Part shown: piece by piece, positions 1-12,095 of the stretch
How the letters are laid out: each line of letters begins with the position of its first letter
Position numbering within the stretch: position 1 is the stretch's first letter
Source: Tubiluchus corallicola
Lineage: Eukaryota > Animalia > Priapulida
Reading direction: 5' to 3'
DNA: 57,737 nucleotides
NCBI GenBank assembly: GCA_030141605.1
Contig: JAQGDQ010000798.1
Coordinates: forward strand, 36,829 to 94,565
Made by a program: the position numbers and the translations under genes
The notes under the pieces: generated by a model
What the model was told of the DNA's origin: nothing
Database searches by the model: none
What the model saw: the letters and a program-made list of their open reading frames with translations, nothing else

Positions 1-398
1 GTTAAGGTCAGTTTCTGGCCTTATCATGTAGGTGGCAGCACCTATGTGAACTTACCTGTAATTTTACCTGTGAAGTTGTAAATTAGGTTGTGCCTAACTA
101 AACACGCTCACAGAAGCCTCAGCAAACGTTAAATAATGTTTGATAAATGTTCAAGTATAGCGTCTCTACATGATTTGCTGTAAACCAGTATGACGTTTCA
201 AGGATCTATTAAGTTGTTATAGCCGCACGATGTGAGTAACATTTACTTTAATATCTTAAATTATAATAATCAATTTATTATACATTTGTATGCAGTGAGA
301 AGCTGTCAAATTTATTATTTTCATTTTTTGTATATACAGAAATAAAGATTTCTGAGACACACTATGCCATGAAGGAAATTCTTTGTGTTCCCGTCACA
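1..398 (+). repeat. 5' LTR
   Basis: GTTAAGGTCAG...CCCGTCACA; aligns end to end with 6809-7199; AATAAA near 341. Confidence 0.95.
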
Positions 399-1049
399 TT
401 TATTTATCAAGGCTATATTGGAGATAATTCAACGTCAGCCATAACCACCTGAGGTTTCATGCCATCGAGCCGCCCAAGTTGATCAAGGTCAGGAAGCCTA
501 CAGCACAGGTGTATAACTGCATGCCGGAAGTAGGACAGGAAATGCGTCTACGCTTCTCAGGCCTGTATTATGTGAATTGCCCATTGCCAAGACTTTTAAG
601 AACTGTATCAGTGTGGTGAACTGACCTGAAATACTAACCTACTGCATAAAATTATTGCGTTAATTTTGCGCATATAGTTATTAAGTCATTAAGACTTGTA
701 AGATTCGCTTGGGCTGTTTAGTACTGAAGTATTGAAGGTTTAATAGTATTAAAGTTTTGAAATATTCACAGCCATACCAATTAAGATTACATTTTATTTT
801 CGACTTGGTATTATTTCAATATGTTAGTGTAGAGAATAAGGTGAATTTCTACACTGTCAGATAATGCTTTGATTTGTTGTACAGTTTACCTAATTGCCTA
901 AATACTAGTAGTACTGTGCGGTGCATAAAGAATTAGACCATATGTTATCGTCACTATTTGATACATGGATTTTTATGCCTATTTCACTAGTTTATCTACT
1001 TAGCTACTTGTATTATTTTACTGAATTGTACTTTGCTGTATTTTGAAGC

Positions 1050-2327
1050 ATGTCTGATTTAGGTAAGAAAACTGTCCCTCAGTTACAGCGAATGCTTAAG
1101 GACAAATGTTTACCTGTTAGCGGTCGGAAGCAGGAATTAATTGATAGGCTGTTGCAGTGCGAAGGCGCAGCTTCCAGCTCAACTGATGATGAAACGCAGC
1201 TAACACCTGCCGCTATACCTGACAGTGAGGACAAAGAGGAAAGCTTAGGCGAACTAAGAAGCCACAGAACGCACAAAAGTCACAAGTCTCCTCATTCACG
1301 TAGTTCAAAATCAACCACTGTTTCGGCAACAGCACAAAGAATGTCAGCTGAACCGAAAAAGGCTGCTCTTATGATTAAGCAACAAGCACTTGCAGAAAAG
1401 GCAAAATTGCAGTTAAATGAAATGCAGCTCGAACAAGAAAAGCAAAAGTTAGTTTTGCAACAAGAACAGTTGAAGATAGCTACTGAAATAAAGCAAGCAG
1501 ACGCTGAGGCAACTGTCTTTGCTCAGTTTGAAGCCGGTAGTCCACGTTCTTCCGAGGTCGTTTCCTTTGTTGACAAAAGAGAGCAAACGAGAGACTGGGT
1601 AGCAAATTATTGCCAAGAGCAACCAGGATGCAGTTCCTTGCAGGCAGAGCAACCAGGAAGCAGTGCCTTTCAGCCAGAGCAACCAGGAAGCAGTTCCTTT
1701 CAGGCACCTTTACGTGTCAAGCAACCTGAAATCAAAGGCAGTCCTCTGCCAGCAGTACAACCCCCTTACCAGTTTTATGGTTGTCCATTGCCTGGTATCG
1801 AGATAGAGAAATTCGATGGCAGCCCGTTGCAGTATTGTCGCTTCATTAAACAGTTTGAAACAACGGTTGAGAATTACACAACTGACAACGTTGCCAGATT
1901 AACACTCCTTCTTCAGTTTTGCAGTGACAAAGTAAAACGTTATATTGACTGCTGTGTGACAATGGACCCAGTTGTAGGTTACACAAAAGCAAAGCGCATG
2001 CTAAAGCAGCAGTTTGGAAATGAATTTAATATCACTCAAGCATGGATCAAACAGATTTCGGATTTCAAACCCATTAAGGCTGCGGAATATCAGACATTAC
2101 AGGAATATGCAGACTTGTTGCGTGCTTGTTATGAAACTCTGTCAAGTTTAGGTTATTTGTCCGAGATTAATGCTCAAGGAAATCTCGTACAAATCGTTGA
2201 CAAATTGCCCATTGGCATTCATTCTCACTGGAGGAAAGAGGTTCATAATATTAAATCTTCTGGGAGAAATCCAGACATCTTTGATGTTGTCACTTTCATA
2301 GAAACACAGGCACAGATTGAAAAATGA
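1050..2327 (+). pseudogene. BEL Gag N-terminal part: SAP-like motif, coiled coil, 10-aa repeats, DUF1759-like capsid region
   Basis: LGKKTVPQLQRMLKDKCLPVSGRKQELIDRL fits the SAP consensus. IEKFDGSPLQYCRFIKQFE...AKRMLKQQFG fits the BEL Gag core. The frame shifts at the A5 run at 2320-2324. Confidence 0.9.
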
Positions 2328-3544
2328 TCCCACGTTTCATAGGAAACCATCCGAGAGGAAGGACACCTATAAGCCTAAACCAAAGTCTAATTCTGTAAAC
2401 ATTTTTGCTAGTTCTGGAACATTTGCTAGTTCACATACACGTGAACCTGACAAATCTGAAGAGAAGACTTCACTTTCATGTACCCTGTGTTCTGAAGCAC
2501 ATCGGCTTCAGAAATGCTTCAAGTTCAAGAGGCTAACTGTACCTGGAAGGCTAGAGGTAGCCAAGCAACACAAACTATGTTTTAATTGCCTGAAGCCTAA
2601 CCACAGTAGTGCATCATGTAGGTCAGCCAATCGCTGTGATGTTTGCAAGAGAAAACATTCCACTTTCTTGCATGCTCAGAATATGCGAGGAAATATTAGC
2701 ACTGCTGCTGCTACACACAAACCCAACAGCAGGCCGTATAGTGGAGAAGAAAAAGAAAAGAAGAATAATGAAGAAGATAACGAGAAACTAAAAGAAGAAG
2801 ATAGTGAGCACAATTGTCAAAGTGGTTACATAAAGAAGACGCATGAGCCTTCTAAGTGCAATGTAGCTTTGCCTATCTTGCCAGTATTTGTTAACATACC
2901 AGGTGGTAAACCATTAAAGACACTAGCACGTCTTGACCCTGGTTCGACAAATACATTCTGCTCTAGCCAAATATATGAAAAGTTAGGTGCTCAGGGCAGA
3001 GAAGAAACATTAATTTTGACAACGCTTGATGCTAAACAGAGCCAGAAGAAGAGTAAAGTCACTAAACTACAAGTGTCTGATCCAAGCTACAATGTCACCA
3101 TAGATCTCCCTCTTGTCTTTACAAGACCATCCCTTATGTTAGAGATGGAGCATTTACCTGTTTATTAGAACTTGAGCTCTTGGCCACACTTACAAGGCAT
3201 TGACGTCTATGTTGCCCAGGACAGATCTCAGTCTCTGGAACTTGGCCTTCTCATAGGGCAAGATGTGCCTGAAGCTCTCGCTCTCAAAAGGACCTAAACA
3301 TGCTCCTTGGGCATCGCTCAGTGTCTTGGGTTGGACCCTAAATGGACCACTTGGACCAACTGAAGCCGAGCATATCAGTTGTAACCTTAGCATTTTGCAG
3401 CCTGTAACACTGGAGCAACAAGTAGAGCGATTCTGGCAGCTAGAATCTTGTGAAGATAACAGCCATAAACCTTCTGTCGAAGATGTAAGAACTGTTAACA
3501 TCTGGGAACGATCCGCAACACTGACTGAAGACCACACTATATGA
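2317..3544 (+). pseudogene. BEL Gag zinc knuckles and aspartic protease (disrupted)
   Basis: Knuckles CTLCSEAHRLQKC, CFNCLKPNHSSASC and CDVCKRKHSTFLH; protease site LDPGS. A premature TAG at 3166-3168 is followed in frame by WPHLQGI...LLIGQDVPEAL. A frameshift near 3285 leads into PWASLSVLGWTLNGP. Confidence 0.9.
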
Positions 3545-4800
3545 TGGATATCCCATTTAGAAGCGAATCTCCCGATTTGCCAAATAACAAAATTGTAGCA
3601 GAGAAGAGACTTGAAGGTTTGAAGAAGAAGTTTAAGCAAGATGAGGCCCTTCACAACAAATACTCTAAAGAGATCAGTGACTTGCTCGAAAAAGGATATG
3701 CTGAACCTGTAAATGAGGAAGCTGCAACCACTGATGGCAAGGTGTGGTATTTGCCACACTTTAGTGTTAAAAGTGAGAGCAAGCCAGAGAAAACAAGAGT
3801 AGTATTTGATTGTGCTGTGAGTTTTGCTGGCACAACATTAAACAAAATTGTAATGCAAGGACCTGATCTAACCAACAAGCTCCTTGGCGTCCTGCTCAGA
3901 TTTAGAGAAGGTAAAATAGCAATCACTGCTGACATCCAGAGTATGTTTTACCAGGTGAGAGTCACTCCTGCTGACAGAGATGTACTCCGTTTCCTTTGGT
4001 GGCCTGGAGGCAATATAGAACTAAAACCTAAAATATACAGGATGACAGTCCATATTTTTGGCGGAATATGGTGCCCAAGTATTGCATCATATGCACTCCA
4101 GAAAACAGCCATGGACAACAGAGCTTTGTACAACAGCACCGTGGTACAAACAGTTATAAGCAATTTCTATGTAGACGATCTTCTTAAGTCTCTTTCAACA
4201 ACTCAGGAAGGTATTGCAATGATAGAAGACCTAACCAGTTTACTTCACCATGGTGGCTTCCATTTAACAAAATGGTGCAGCAATGACCGAGAAGTTCTCA
4301 ACTCTATCCCTGCAGAAGAAAGAGGGAAATCAGTGAAGGATATTGATTTAGATAACTCATCCTTGCCTGTTGATCGGGTTCTTGCCATTGCATGGAACAT
4401 GGAAGCAGACCATTTTAGTATTCTTGTTAGGAAAAAAGAAAAACCGATGACACGCCATGGTCTTTTGAGTGTAATGGCTTCATCATATGATCCTATGGGA
4501 ATAATAAGTCCCTATGTTCTGCAAGCGAAGTTACTATTTCAGGAAGAAACACGATTGAAGAAATCCTGGGATGAACCTTTGGAGGATCATGTGAAACAAC
4601 AATGGAAAAGATGGTTAGAAGAACTTGACTTAATCAAAGATGTGCACCTGAGTCGGTGTTTTACACCACCAAACTTTGAAGCTGTTTCATACCAGCTTCA
4701 TCATTTCTCAGATGCATCCGAAAGAGCCCTTGGAACTGTATCATATCTTAGATCAGCAAATGCTGCAGGAGATATACTTCTGTACATTTGTGGTGAGTAA
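3541..4800 (+). pseudogene. BEL reverse transcriptase and start of RNase H
   Basis: Motifs WYLPH, KTRVVFDC, ADIQSMFYQV, LRFLWW, FYVDD, YDPMG and LHHFSDAS; frameshifts near 3535 and near 4777. Confidence 0.95.
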
Positions 4801-6754
4801 AACAAGACTGACCCCCTTTAAGAAAGTCACTTTGCCACGCCTCGAACTGTCAGCTGCTGTGCTTGCAGTAAAAGTTGATTCTATGGCACGGAAGGAATTA
4901 AGCATTCCTATAGGTACTTCTACATTTTGGGTCGACAGCACAATTGTTCTTGGCTATATCAACAATGAAAGGGCGAGATACAAAACCTTTGTGGCTAACC
5001 GGTTAGCTACCATACACAGCTTAACAGTTCCCAGCCAATGGAGGCATGTCTCTGGAGATGAAAATCCAGCAAATGATGCATCGCGAGGTTTGTCTGCAAG
5101 AGATTTAATCGCAAGTGTCAGATGGCTGCATGGCCCAGAATTTCTTTACAAACCTGAACCAGAATGGCCAGTTCAAACAGTTCTGCCCACAGTGGATAGT
5201 CACGACAATGAGATAAAGCAAAGTGTTAAAGTCTTATTGTGTGAAGCTAACTCTTCCAAGTCAGAAGCTACTGACAAGCTTATGGAATATTATAGTAGCT
5301 TCTACAAACTTAAAAAAGCTGTCACATGGTTTTTGCGAGTGAAAGCCATTTTAAAGAACAAAATCACAAAAAGACAGATCCCATCCTCTCAATGCTATAA
5401 TACAGAGATTTCTGTTTCAGAGGTGGAGCAAGCAGAAAAGGCGATTCTCGGCTATATCCAACGCCAACACTTTACTCGGGAATACAAAACCTTATCTGCA
5501 GGACAAGCTGTCTCCAAATCGAGCAAGATTGCTAAGTTAAATCCTGTCCTGTCTAAGGACAACCTCATTGTTGTTGGAGGGCGACTTAGAAATGCAGCGC
5601 TACCTGAAGCTGCCAAACATCCTGCAGTACTTCCTAAAGAGCATCATGTTTCAACCTTAATAATCCGTCATTACCATGAAACCAATGGTCACATTGGAAG
5701 AGAACATGTGCTCTCCTTAGTTCGCTCTGCTTACTGGATTATTCGAGGACGGGCACTTACAAAGAAACTATTAAAATATTGTCGTAAGTGCCGTCGTCTC
5801 TATGCACCCCTGGAGAGCCAGAAAATGGCAGATTTGCCAGCTGATCGTGTAGAAGGAACTCATGCTTTCGAATGTGTAGGTGTAGACTGCTTCGGAACCT
5901 TTTATGTTGTCAGAGGGCGTGCAAAAGCTAAGCGATATGGCTGCATTTTTACTTGCACCACCACTAGAGCAGTTCACCTAGAGATTTTACACACCCTCGA
6001 AACCAGCTCTTTCATTCAAGCACTGCAACGTTTCATAAGCCGAAGAGGTCCACCAAGACTAATCAGGTCTGATCAAGGTACAAATTTTGTTGGCGCCCAA
6101 AAGGAGCTTCAGAATTCCATAACCGAATGGAACCAAAGTCAAATTCAAAGCACTCTACGTCAGAAAAATATAGAGTGGATCTTCAACCCTGCTTCAGCTA
6201 GCCATTTTGGTGGCTTCTGTGAGAGCATGATTAGAAGTGTAAAGAAAGTTTTAGTCAGTATCTTAGAACAGCAAACACTGGATGACGAAAGACTTAGTAC
6301 ACTATTCTGTCTAGTAGAGGCCATTTTAAATAGCCTGCCCCTTACCATTGTTTCAGAAGATCCAAATGACTTAGAAGCTCTGACACCAAACCATTTGTTG
6401 CTGCTTCGACCAAATCCTGCACTGCCGCCTGGCAACTTCGAAGTAAAGGACCAATACAAAAAGAAGTGGCGCCAAGTCCAGTACATGGCAGACTTATTCT
6501 GGACAAGATGGTATCGTGAATACTTGCCAACGTTACAACTGCGAACAAAATGGTTACGAAGCAAAGAAAATCTCAAAGCTGGAGACGTAGTTTTGGTAAG
6601 CGATAATGTCCATCGAAGCCAGTGGATACTTGGGCGAATTACAGATGTCAAGACAAGTGATGATGGATGCGTCCGCTCTGCAACCATAAAGACCAAAAGT
6701 ACGCTTCTAACCCGACCTATACACAAATTATGTTTAATTGAAAAAGCAGATTAA
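4777..6754 (+). pseudogene. BEL RNase H remainder, integrase (HHCC + DDE) and C-terminal DUF5641-like domain
   Basis: Motifs TLPRLELSAA, WVDST, FVANR, NPANDASRG, HETNGH...CRKC, VDCFG, SDQGTNF, GGFCESM, LTPNHLL and RPIHKL; stop at 6752-6754. Confidence 0.95.
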
Positions 6755-6797
6755 TTTTGTTATTCCTTTAGTGGGAAATGGCACTCAAGTCCCATTT

Positions 6798-6807
6798 AAA
6801 GGGGGTG
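6798..6807 (+). other. Polypurine tract
   Basis: AAAGGGGGTG lies directly before the TG of the 3' LTR. Confidence 0.75.
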
Positions 6808-7199
6808 TGTTAAGGTCAGTTTCTGGCCTTAACATGTAGGTGGCAGCACCTATGGAACTTACCTGTAATTTTTACCTGTGAAGTGGTAAATTGGGTGCCT
6901 CGCTAAACACGCTGACACAAGGCTCGGCAAATGTTAAGTAATGTTTGATAATGTTTAAGTATAGTGTCTCTACCTGATTTGCCGTTAACCTGTACGACGT
7001 TTTTAAGAATCTATTAAGTTTTATAGCCGCACGATGTAAGTAACATTTAATTTAATATCTTAAATTATAATAATCAATTTATTATACATTTGTATGCAGT
7101 GAGAAGCTGTCAATTTATTATTTTCATTTTGTATATACAGAAATAAAGATTTCTGCGACACACTATGCCATGAAGGAAATTCTTTGTGTTCCCGTCACA
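6808..7199 (+). repeat. 3' LTR
   Basis: TGTTAAGGTCAG...CCCGTCACA, a direct repeat of 1-398. Confidence 0.96.
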
Positions 7200-7220
7200 G
7201 TCGTCATACTTTTTTGAGTT

Positions 7221-7378
7221 TTGGATAGTGCTGCCACCTTCAGGTGTTCTTGTTAAAATTGTTAAATCTTTCTCTTTACTGTTTAAATTTTCATTGGCTT
7301 TGGATAGTGCTGCCACCTTCAGGTGTTCTTGTTAAAATTGTTAAATCTTTCTCTTTACTGTTTAAATTTTCATTGGCT
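7221..7378. repeat. Perfect 79-bp tandem duplication
   Basis: TTGGATAGTGCTGCCACC...CATTGGCT occurs at 7221-7299 and 7300-7378. Confidence 0.9.
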
Positions 7379-8002
7379 TCTACAGTCTTTATGAATGCAT
7401 AATCTCTAAACCTGTTTTCACACCTCAATGATTTCACCTGTAGTTTTGGTCACTTGGTTTTCTGTTTTTCAGTATGACACTACTTAACTGTTTCTGTAGA
7501 CACTTCAGAATAAAATCTTAAAACTAAATTTCAAGTTTTTTGGTTTCTTTAAACCACAGAGTGTGTGTACTGATTGTGACGAAGCACCACAACTAAAGTC
7601 ATTCCCCCAGTATTTTGTACTACCTACTTAGTTTAATGATCCCTAGTAGCTGAAATATAGAAAAAGAAGGCAGGAACACAACAGAGAAAAATCACATACA
7701 CAAAAGAAGCATAGCAGAGACATCTATGCTGCCTCTACGATTTGGCATATAGTGAAACATTATTATTGTATTTCATTTTAGATTAGGAAGCAAGCTGTGT
7801 TCTCTACCTAAATATCTGAAAAAATTCTTCTCAAGAATGTAGTTAAAGGTGTTTCTATATATATATTATATATTTCTATATATAGGTGTTTCTATATATT
7901 CTAAACTTGACACTATATAATTAAATCAAAGCTACAATACAACGGAAGTCCTACAACAAGTAAATAAAACACTATGTAATCCTACATCAACTCATTACTT
8001 GC

Positions 8003-8146
8003 CTGGTCGACTACAATCTGAGCTAAATCTTTAAATATTTCATTTATGTCGGATATAGATTTCACAACTTGTGCTATTTCTTTCTCCCGTTGCGTCACCG
8101 TCTCCGTATTGTCCTCTAAATATCTTAGCTGATGATCAGTAAAACC
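8003..8146 (-). CDS. STX16: STX16 coding exon 7 (start of SNARE motif)
   Basis: [48 protein letters not shown], followed by a GCAAGT (GC) donor. Confidence 0.92.
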
Positions 8147-11100
8147 CTAAAAAATGAATAAAAATATCAGCTACAGTTGCCATAACATTTGCATGATGCC
8201 GCAAACATTTTCGTTTGCTTTAATTTGCTTGTTCGTGGTATTATTTCTAACACTAAGCAAGGCCAAGCACAGTCTATGCAAAAACCAAGGCCAGAATTTC
8301 ATTATATTTGTGCCTGAATTTAAGGGATTCTCGTTGTGACTTTTTATAATTAGAGCGATTTATTATAAGAATTAATCACTATCAGTACTGACATCTTTTT
8401 CGGAATGAGACATTTAATGATTCAATCTCCGTGCTATTTAAAATTTTGTTGATTCTTCTCTTGACTGTCAGGGAACCACAATCATCATTTCAATCATCAA
8501 GAAATATATAACAAGCCTTTCAAACAAGAATTGCTCTAAATTTATGCAAAAGACGAAAATTTTTACTGATAACTTGATAAATCGACTGTTTCCAAATTTT
8601 ACACTGTCTACCTAGTATTTGTATTCTTGTTGGCTTGGCAACAAGCGTAGGTCCCTACAGTTTTTATGTGCAACTCTGAATGAAAAGCGCAGTGCGCCGA
8701 ACACACTTGGGAAGTAACTAAGTAAGCTCACAAGTATGATATGGCAGCGTACGTGCTAGCGTAAGGCAAAAAGCAAAAAAGTCAGATTAGTGCCAGTATT
8801 TCTTTTACTTTTTAACTCTTGGGTAAAACCTGCGAAAATCTAACCAGATTCGCGGTAGTCGGCATTGGCGCGAATGTTTAAGCGAATGGATGCCGGGATT
8901 TGTGTTGAAATTCTGGCCCTGAAAACAGTGCTTACATTGTAATACAAAGCCATTGTAACTTGTTAAATTACTTTATGTAGCACTTGAACACAGCTAACCC
9001 ACATACACCTTATGACGCTGATGAAAATGTTTAGGACATCAATGTGTCGTGAAGTGCTACACGAAAAGTACATATGTGAATCGTTGATTTACAAGAAGAT
9101 AACATAGGTAGGCACTTAGATATGTTTAAACACTTCTAACTAAATCTATCTTCAAGCTCCAGAAAACTTATTAACTGAACTGAGTTCTAAAGTTAACGCA
9201 AATGCCATGTACCGACAGCCAGTGTCAGTACTTTTTTGTTGGTAGTGTCAGTGATGCACTTCCTGAACTTTCTTAAAATTAGATTACCCGCTCATAAGCC
9301 TCCTCCACATAAGCATCTTCTTCTTCTATCATTACTGCACTGGCTTGAGGTACGTCAAAATGACCGCCGTAACGTTCTTCACGAGATTTTAATCCTAAAA
9401 TGCAAAACACGTCACTTCTATGCAATAGCACATCCACTTCTATACAATAGCACATCCACTTCTATACAATAGCACATCCACTTCTATACAATAGCACATC
9501 CACTTCTATACAATAGCACATCCACTTCTATACAAAAGCACATCCACTTCTATACAATAGCACATCCACTTCTATACAATAGCACATCCACTTCTGTACA
9601 ATAGCACATCCACTTCTATACAATAGCACATCCACTTCTATGCAATAGCACATCCACTTCTACACAATAGCACATCCACTTCTACACAATAGCACATCCA
9701 CTTCTATACAATAGCACATCCACTTCTATACAATAGCACATCCACTTCTATACAATAGCACATCCACTTCTATACAATAGCACATCCACTTCTATACAAT
9801 AGCACATCCACTTCTATACAATAGCACATCCACTTCTATACAATAGCACATCCACTTCTATACAATAGCACATCCACTTCTATACAATAGCACATCCACT
9901 TCTGTACAATAGCACATCCACTTCTATACAATAGCACATCCACTTCTATGCAATAGCACATCCACTTCTACACAATAGCACATTCACTTCTACACAATAG
10001 CACATCCACTTCTATACAATAGCACATCCACTTCTATACAATAGCACATCCACTTCTATACAATAGCACATCCACTTCTATACAATAGCACATCCACTTC
10101 TATACAATAGCACATCCACTTCTACACAATAGCACATCGGATAAACTAGCCCTAGTAAATACACCTAGTAAATAAGCGAATCATTATATCACTTCATGCT
10201 AGTCTAAGTTACTATATCAAAACATTTGGACGCATACAATTACCCCCATATTGGATATCAGTGCATACAAATGTGATTCATCAGTACACTATGCAAACTA
10301 AGAAAATGCCACTTACTAGTTAAATACGATGTTTGACTTTTTCGGAAGCTGGACGAGATTTCCTGCAGTTGAGATGCTAGCGAAGACATGACGTTCTTTG
10401 TTACTCGTTGTTCTTGCGGTGTATTTCCTCTACTTTTGGCACCAATTTGCTGCACCAGCCGATGACATCTTGTGAACATCTGAAAACATGATTAAAGGAA
10501 GACAGGATGATTTTTAACATACTAACCCCATTTTCAAATCCGATAGAAAGTACACATTTTAACAGAATTAATACTACAAAAGCGTTTCTGATAATTAAAT
10601 AATAGATTAATTAATAGATTAAATAATTACCGGCGAATAGCCCAATTATCAATGACATCACAAACTAACATAATTTTCAACAGGGAAAATATTCCAAGAG
10701 CGTGTTGCATGTGTTTTCGAAAGCGAAAATTCAAGTACAGTGCTAGTGTAAGATATTCAGCATGTTGTACTAAAACTAGGCAAGTTTTAAGATACTGCTG
10801 CGCTCACGCATGAGCTGCCAAACATGTCTAGTTCATCACAAACTAACACATTTGAACTGAGAATTCCCATCTGTAAGCCATCTCTTCTAAGCGTACCTTA
10901 GATCTGTCCCACATTGTTATTTTTTCTACATTTAATGGTTTCACTGACTTAAAACAGCTTCCTAAAATGCCCTCCCCAACAACTTTCAGGGCTATCCTTG
11001 TTATAATATCAAGGCATTTAATTAACACTCTGTACTAATCACTAAAACAAAATAAAATATTTAGTATAAAATCTCTTGTTACTAGTTAAAATATAATACA

Positions 11101-12061
11101 AATATGGAATCCTCAGAAATTTTCCGAATTCCAAACCATGCATCAGACCAAAGAAATTCTTACACAATAAAACCTTGCAGATATGCTTTCTTAGCTTCTC
11201 CACACGTTTTAATTAGTTAGCGCTTTCTAAAGTTCACGAAAAGATAGTTTCAAACCTGCGTGATGTCTTGTGTAATGATTTCTATGGTGTGCTCCTCATC
11301 TATACTATCATCTAATGTAGGCCGGTTCAGGTGCTTGTCGTGCAGCGTGGCGACTTCCTTTACTAAAACAACGACACTGAGTTGTATTTAAAAAATCAAC
11401 AAACAATATGAAATTTATCTACAGTCTATAACATCGAGAAATTCAGCAAGTGGAATACAGAAAAAATTGTCATGTAAAGCAAGCACCTGATTCCAGGAAA
11501 TTCCTAAAAGAACCACGTTCTATAGATATATGTATACAATAAAATTTTAAGAAGCAGTGTAATAAAAACTATGTTAAATTTTCAATAATAACCAAGAAAG
11601 CAAAGAAAGTACAGCAGCTTTAACCATACTGCAAAGTGATCATTTTACAGTTTAGGTTGTAAGCTAGCACATGAAACTTAAAAGTTTAAAATTAATAATT
11701 CCGTATGAAATTTGTGTAATAAGTCTTAATCCAGAGACAACTCAAAAATGCACTCAAAATATACACTTACTTTTTTGTTTAATTCTTGATATTTCATATT
11801 GTATCTAAAAAAATATAGGGCAGTTTAGACACTTATTATTTACTTCACCAACAGAATAAGTTTGTACACAGAGAGTAATATTTCACAGCAGTGTAGCACA
11901 AACATGCATACTAGAACAAATAAAGATTCTATGAAATACCTGTAAGACGAGCATGGTCTACAATCAAATATAAGTCATATTTAGAGAGGTGTACAAATTT
12001 AATATTGTCAGCAAAGCACAATACTAAATTTGTCCCAATCATCGTATATATTAATTTCGTT

Positions 12062-12095
<34 letters not shown>

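Larger units (their letters stand above)
1..7199 (+). mobile_element. Full-length BEL/Pao LTR retrotransposon, decayed, inside an STX16 intron (antisense)
   Basis: Two ~395-bp direct LTRs with TG...CA ends (the window starts at base 2 of the 5' LTR) and a PPT at 6798-6807. Domain order is Gag with three Cys/His knuckles, protease, RT (YVDD), RNase H, integrase, which is typical of BEL/Pao. The 3' flank is GTCGT; the left TSD is outside the window. Confidence 0.97.

Noticed and set aside
2310-2330. Programmed ribosomal frameshift between the first two retrotransposon ORFs
   Set aside because: The break is +1 in the middle of Gag at an A5 run. BEL elements usually have a single ORF, and this copy has several other lesions (TAG at 3166 and shifts near 3285, 3535 and 4777), so decay or sequencing error is more likely.
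3190-6726. Antisense ORFs of about 190 aa within the retrotransposon
   Set aside because: They are shadow frames opposite pol with no recognisable motifs.
6755-6807. env-like third ORF
   Set aside because: Only about 50 bp separate the pol stop codon from the 3' LTR.
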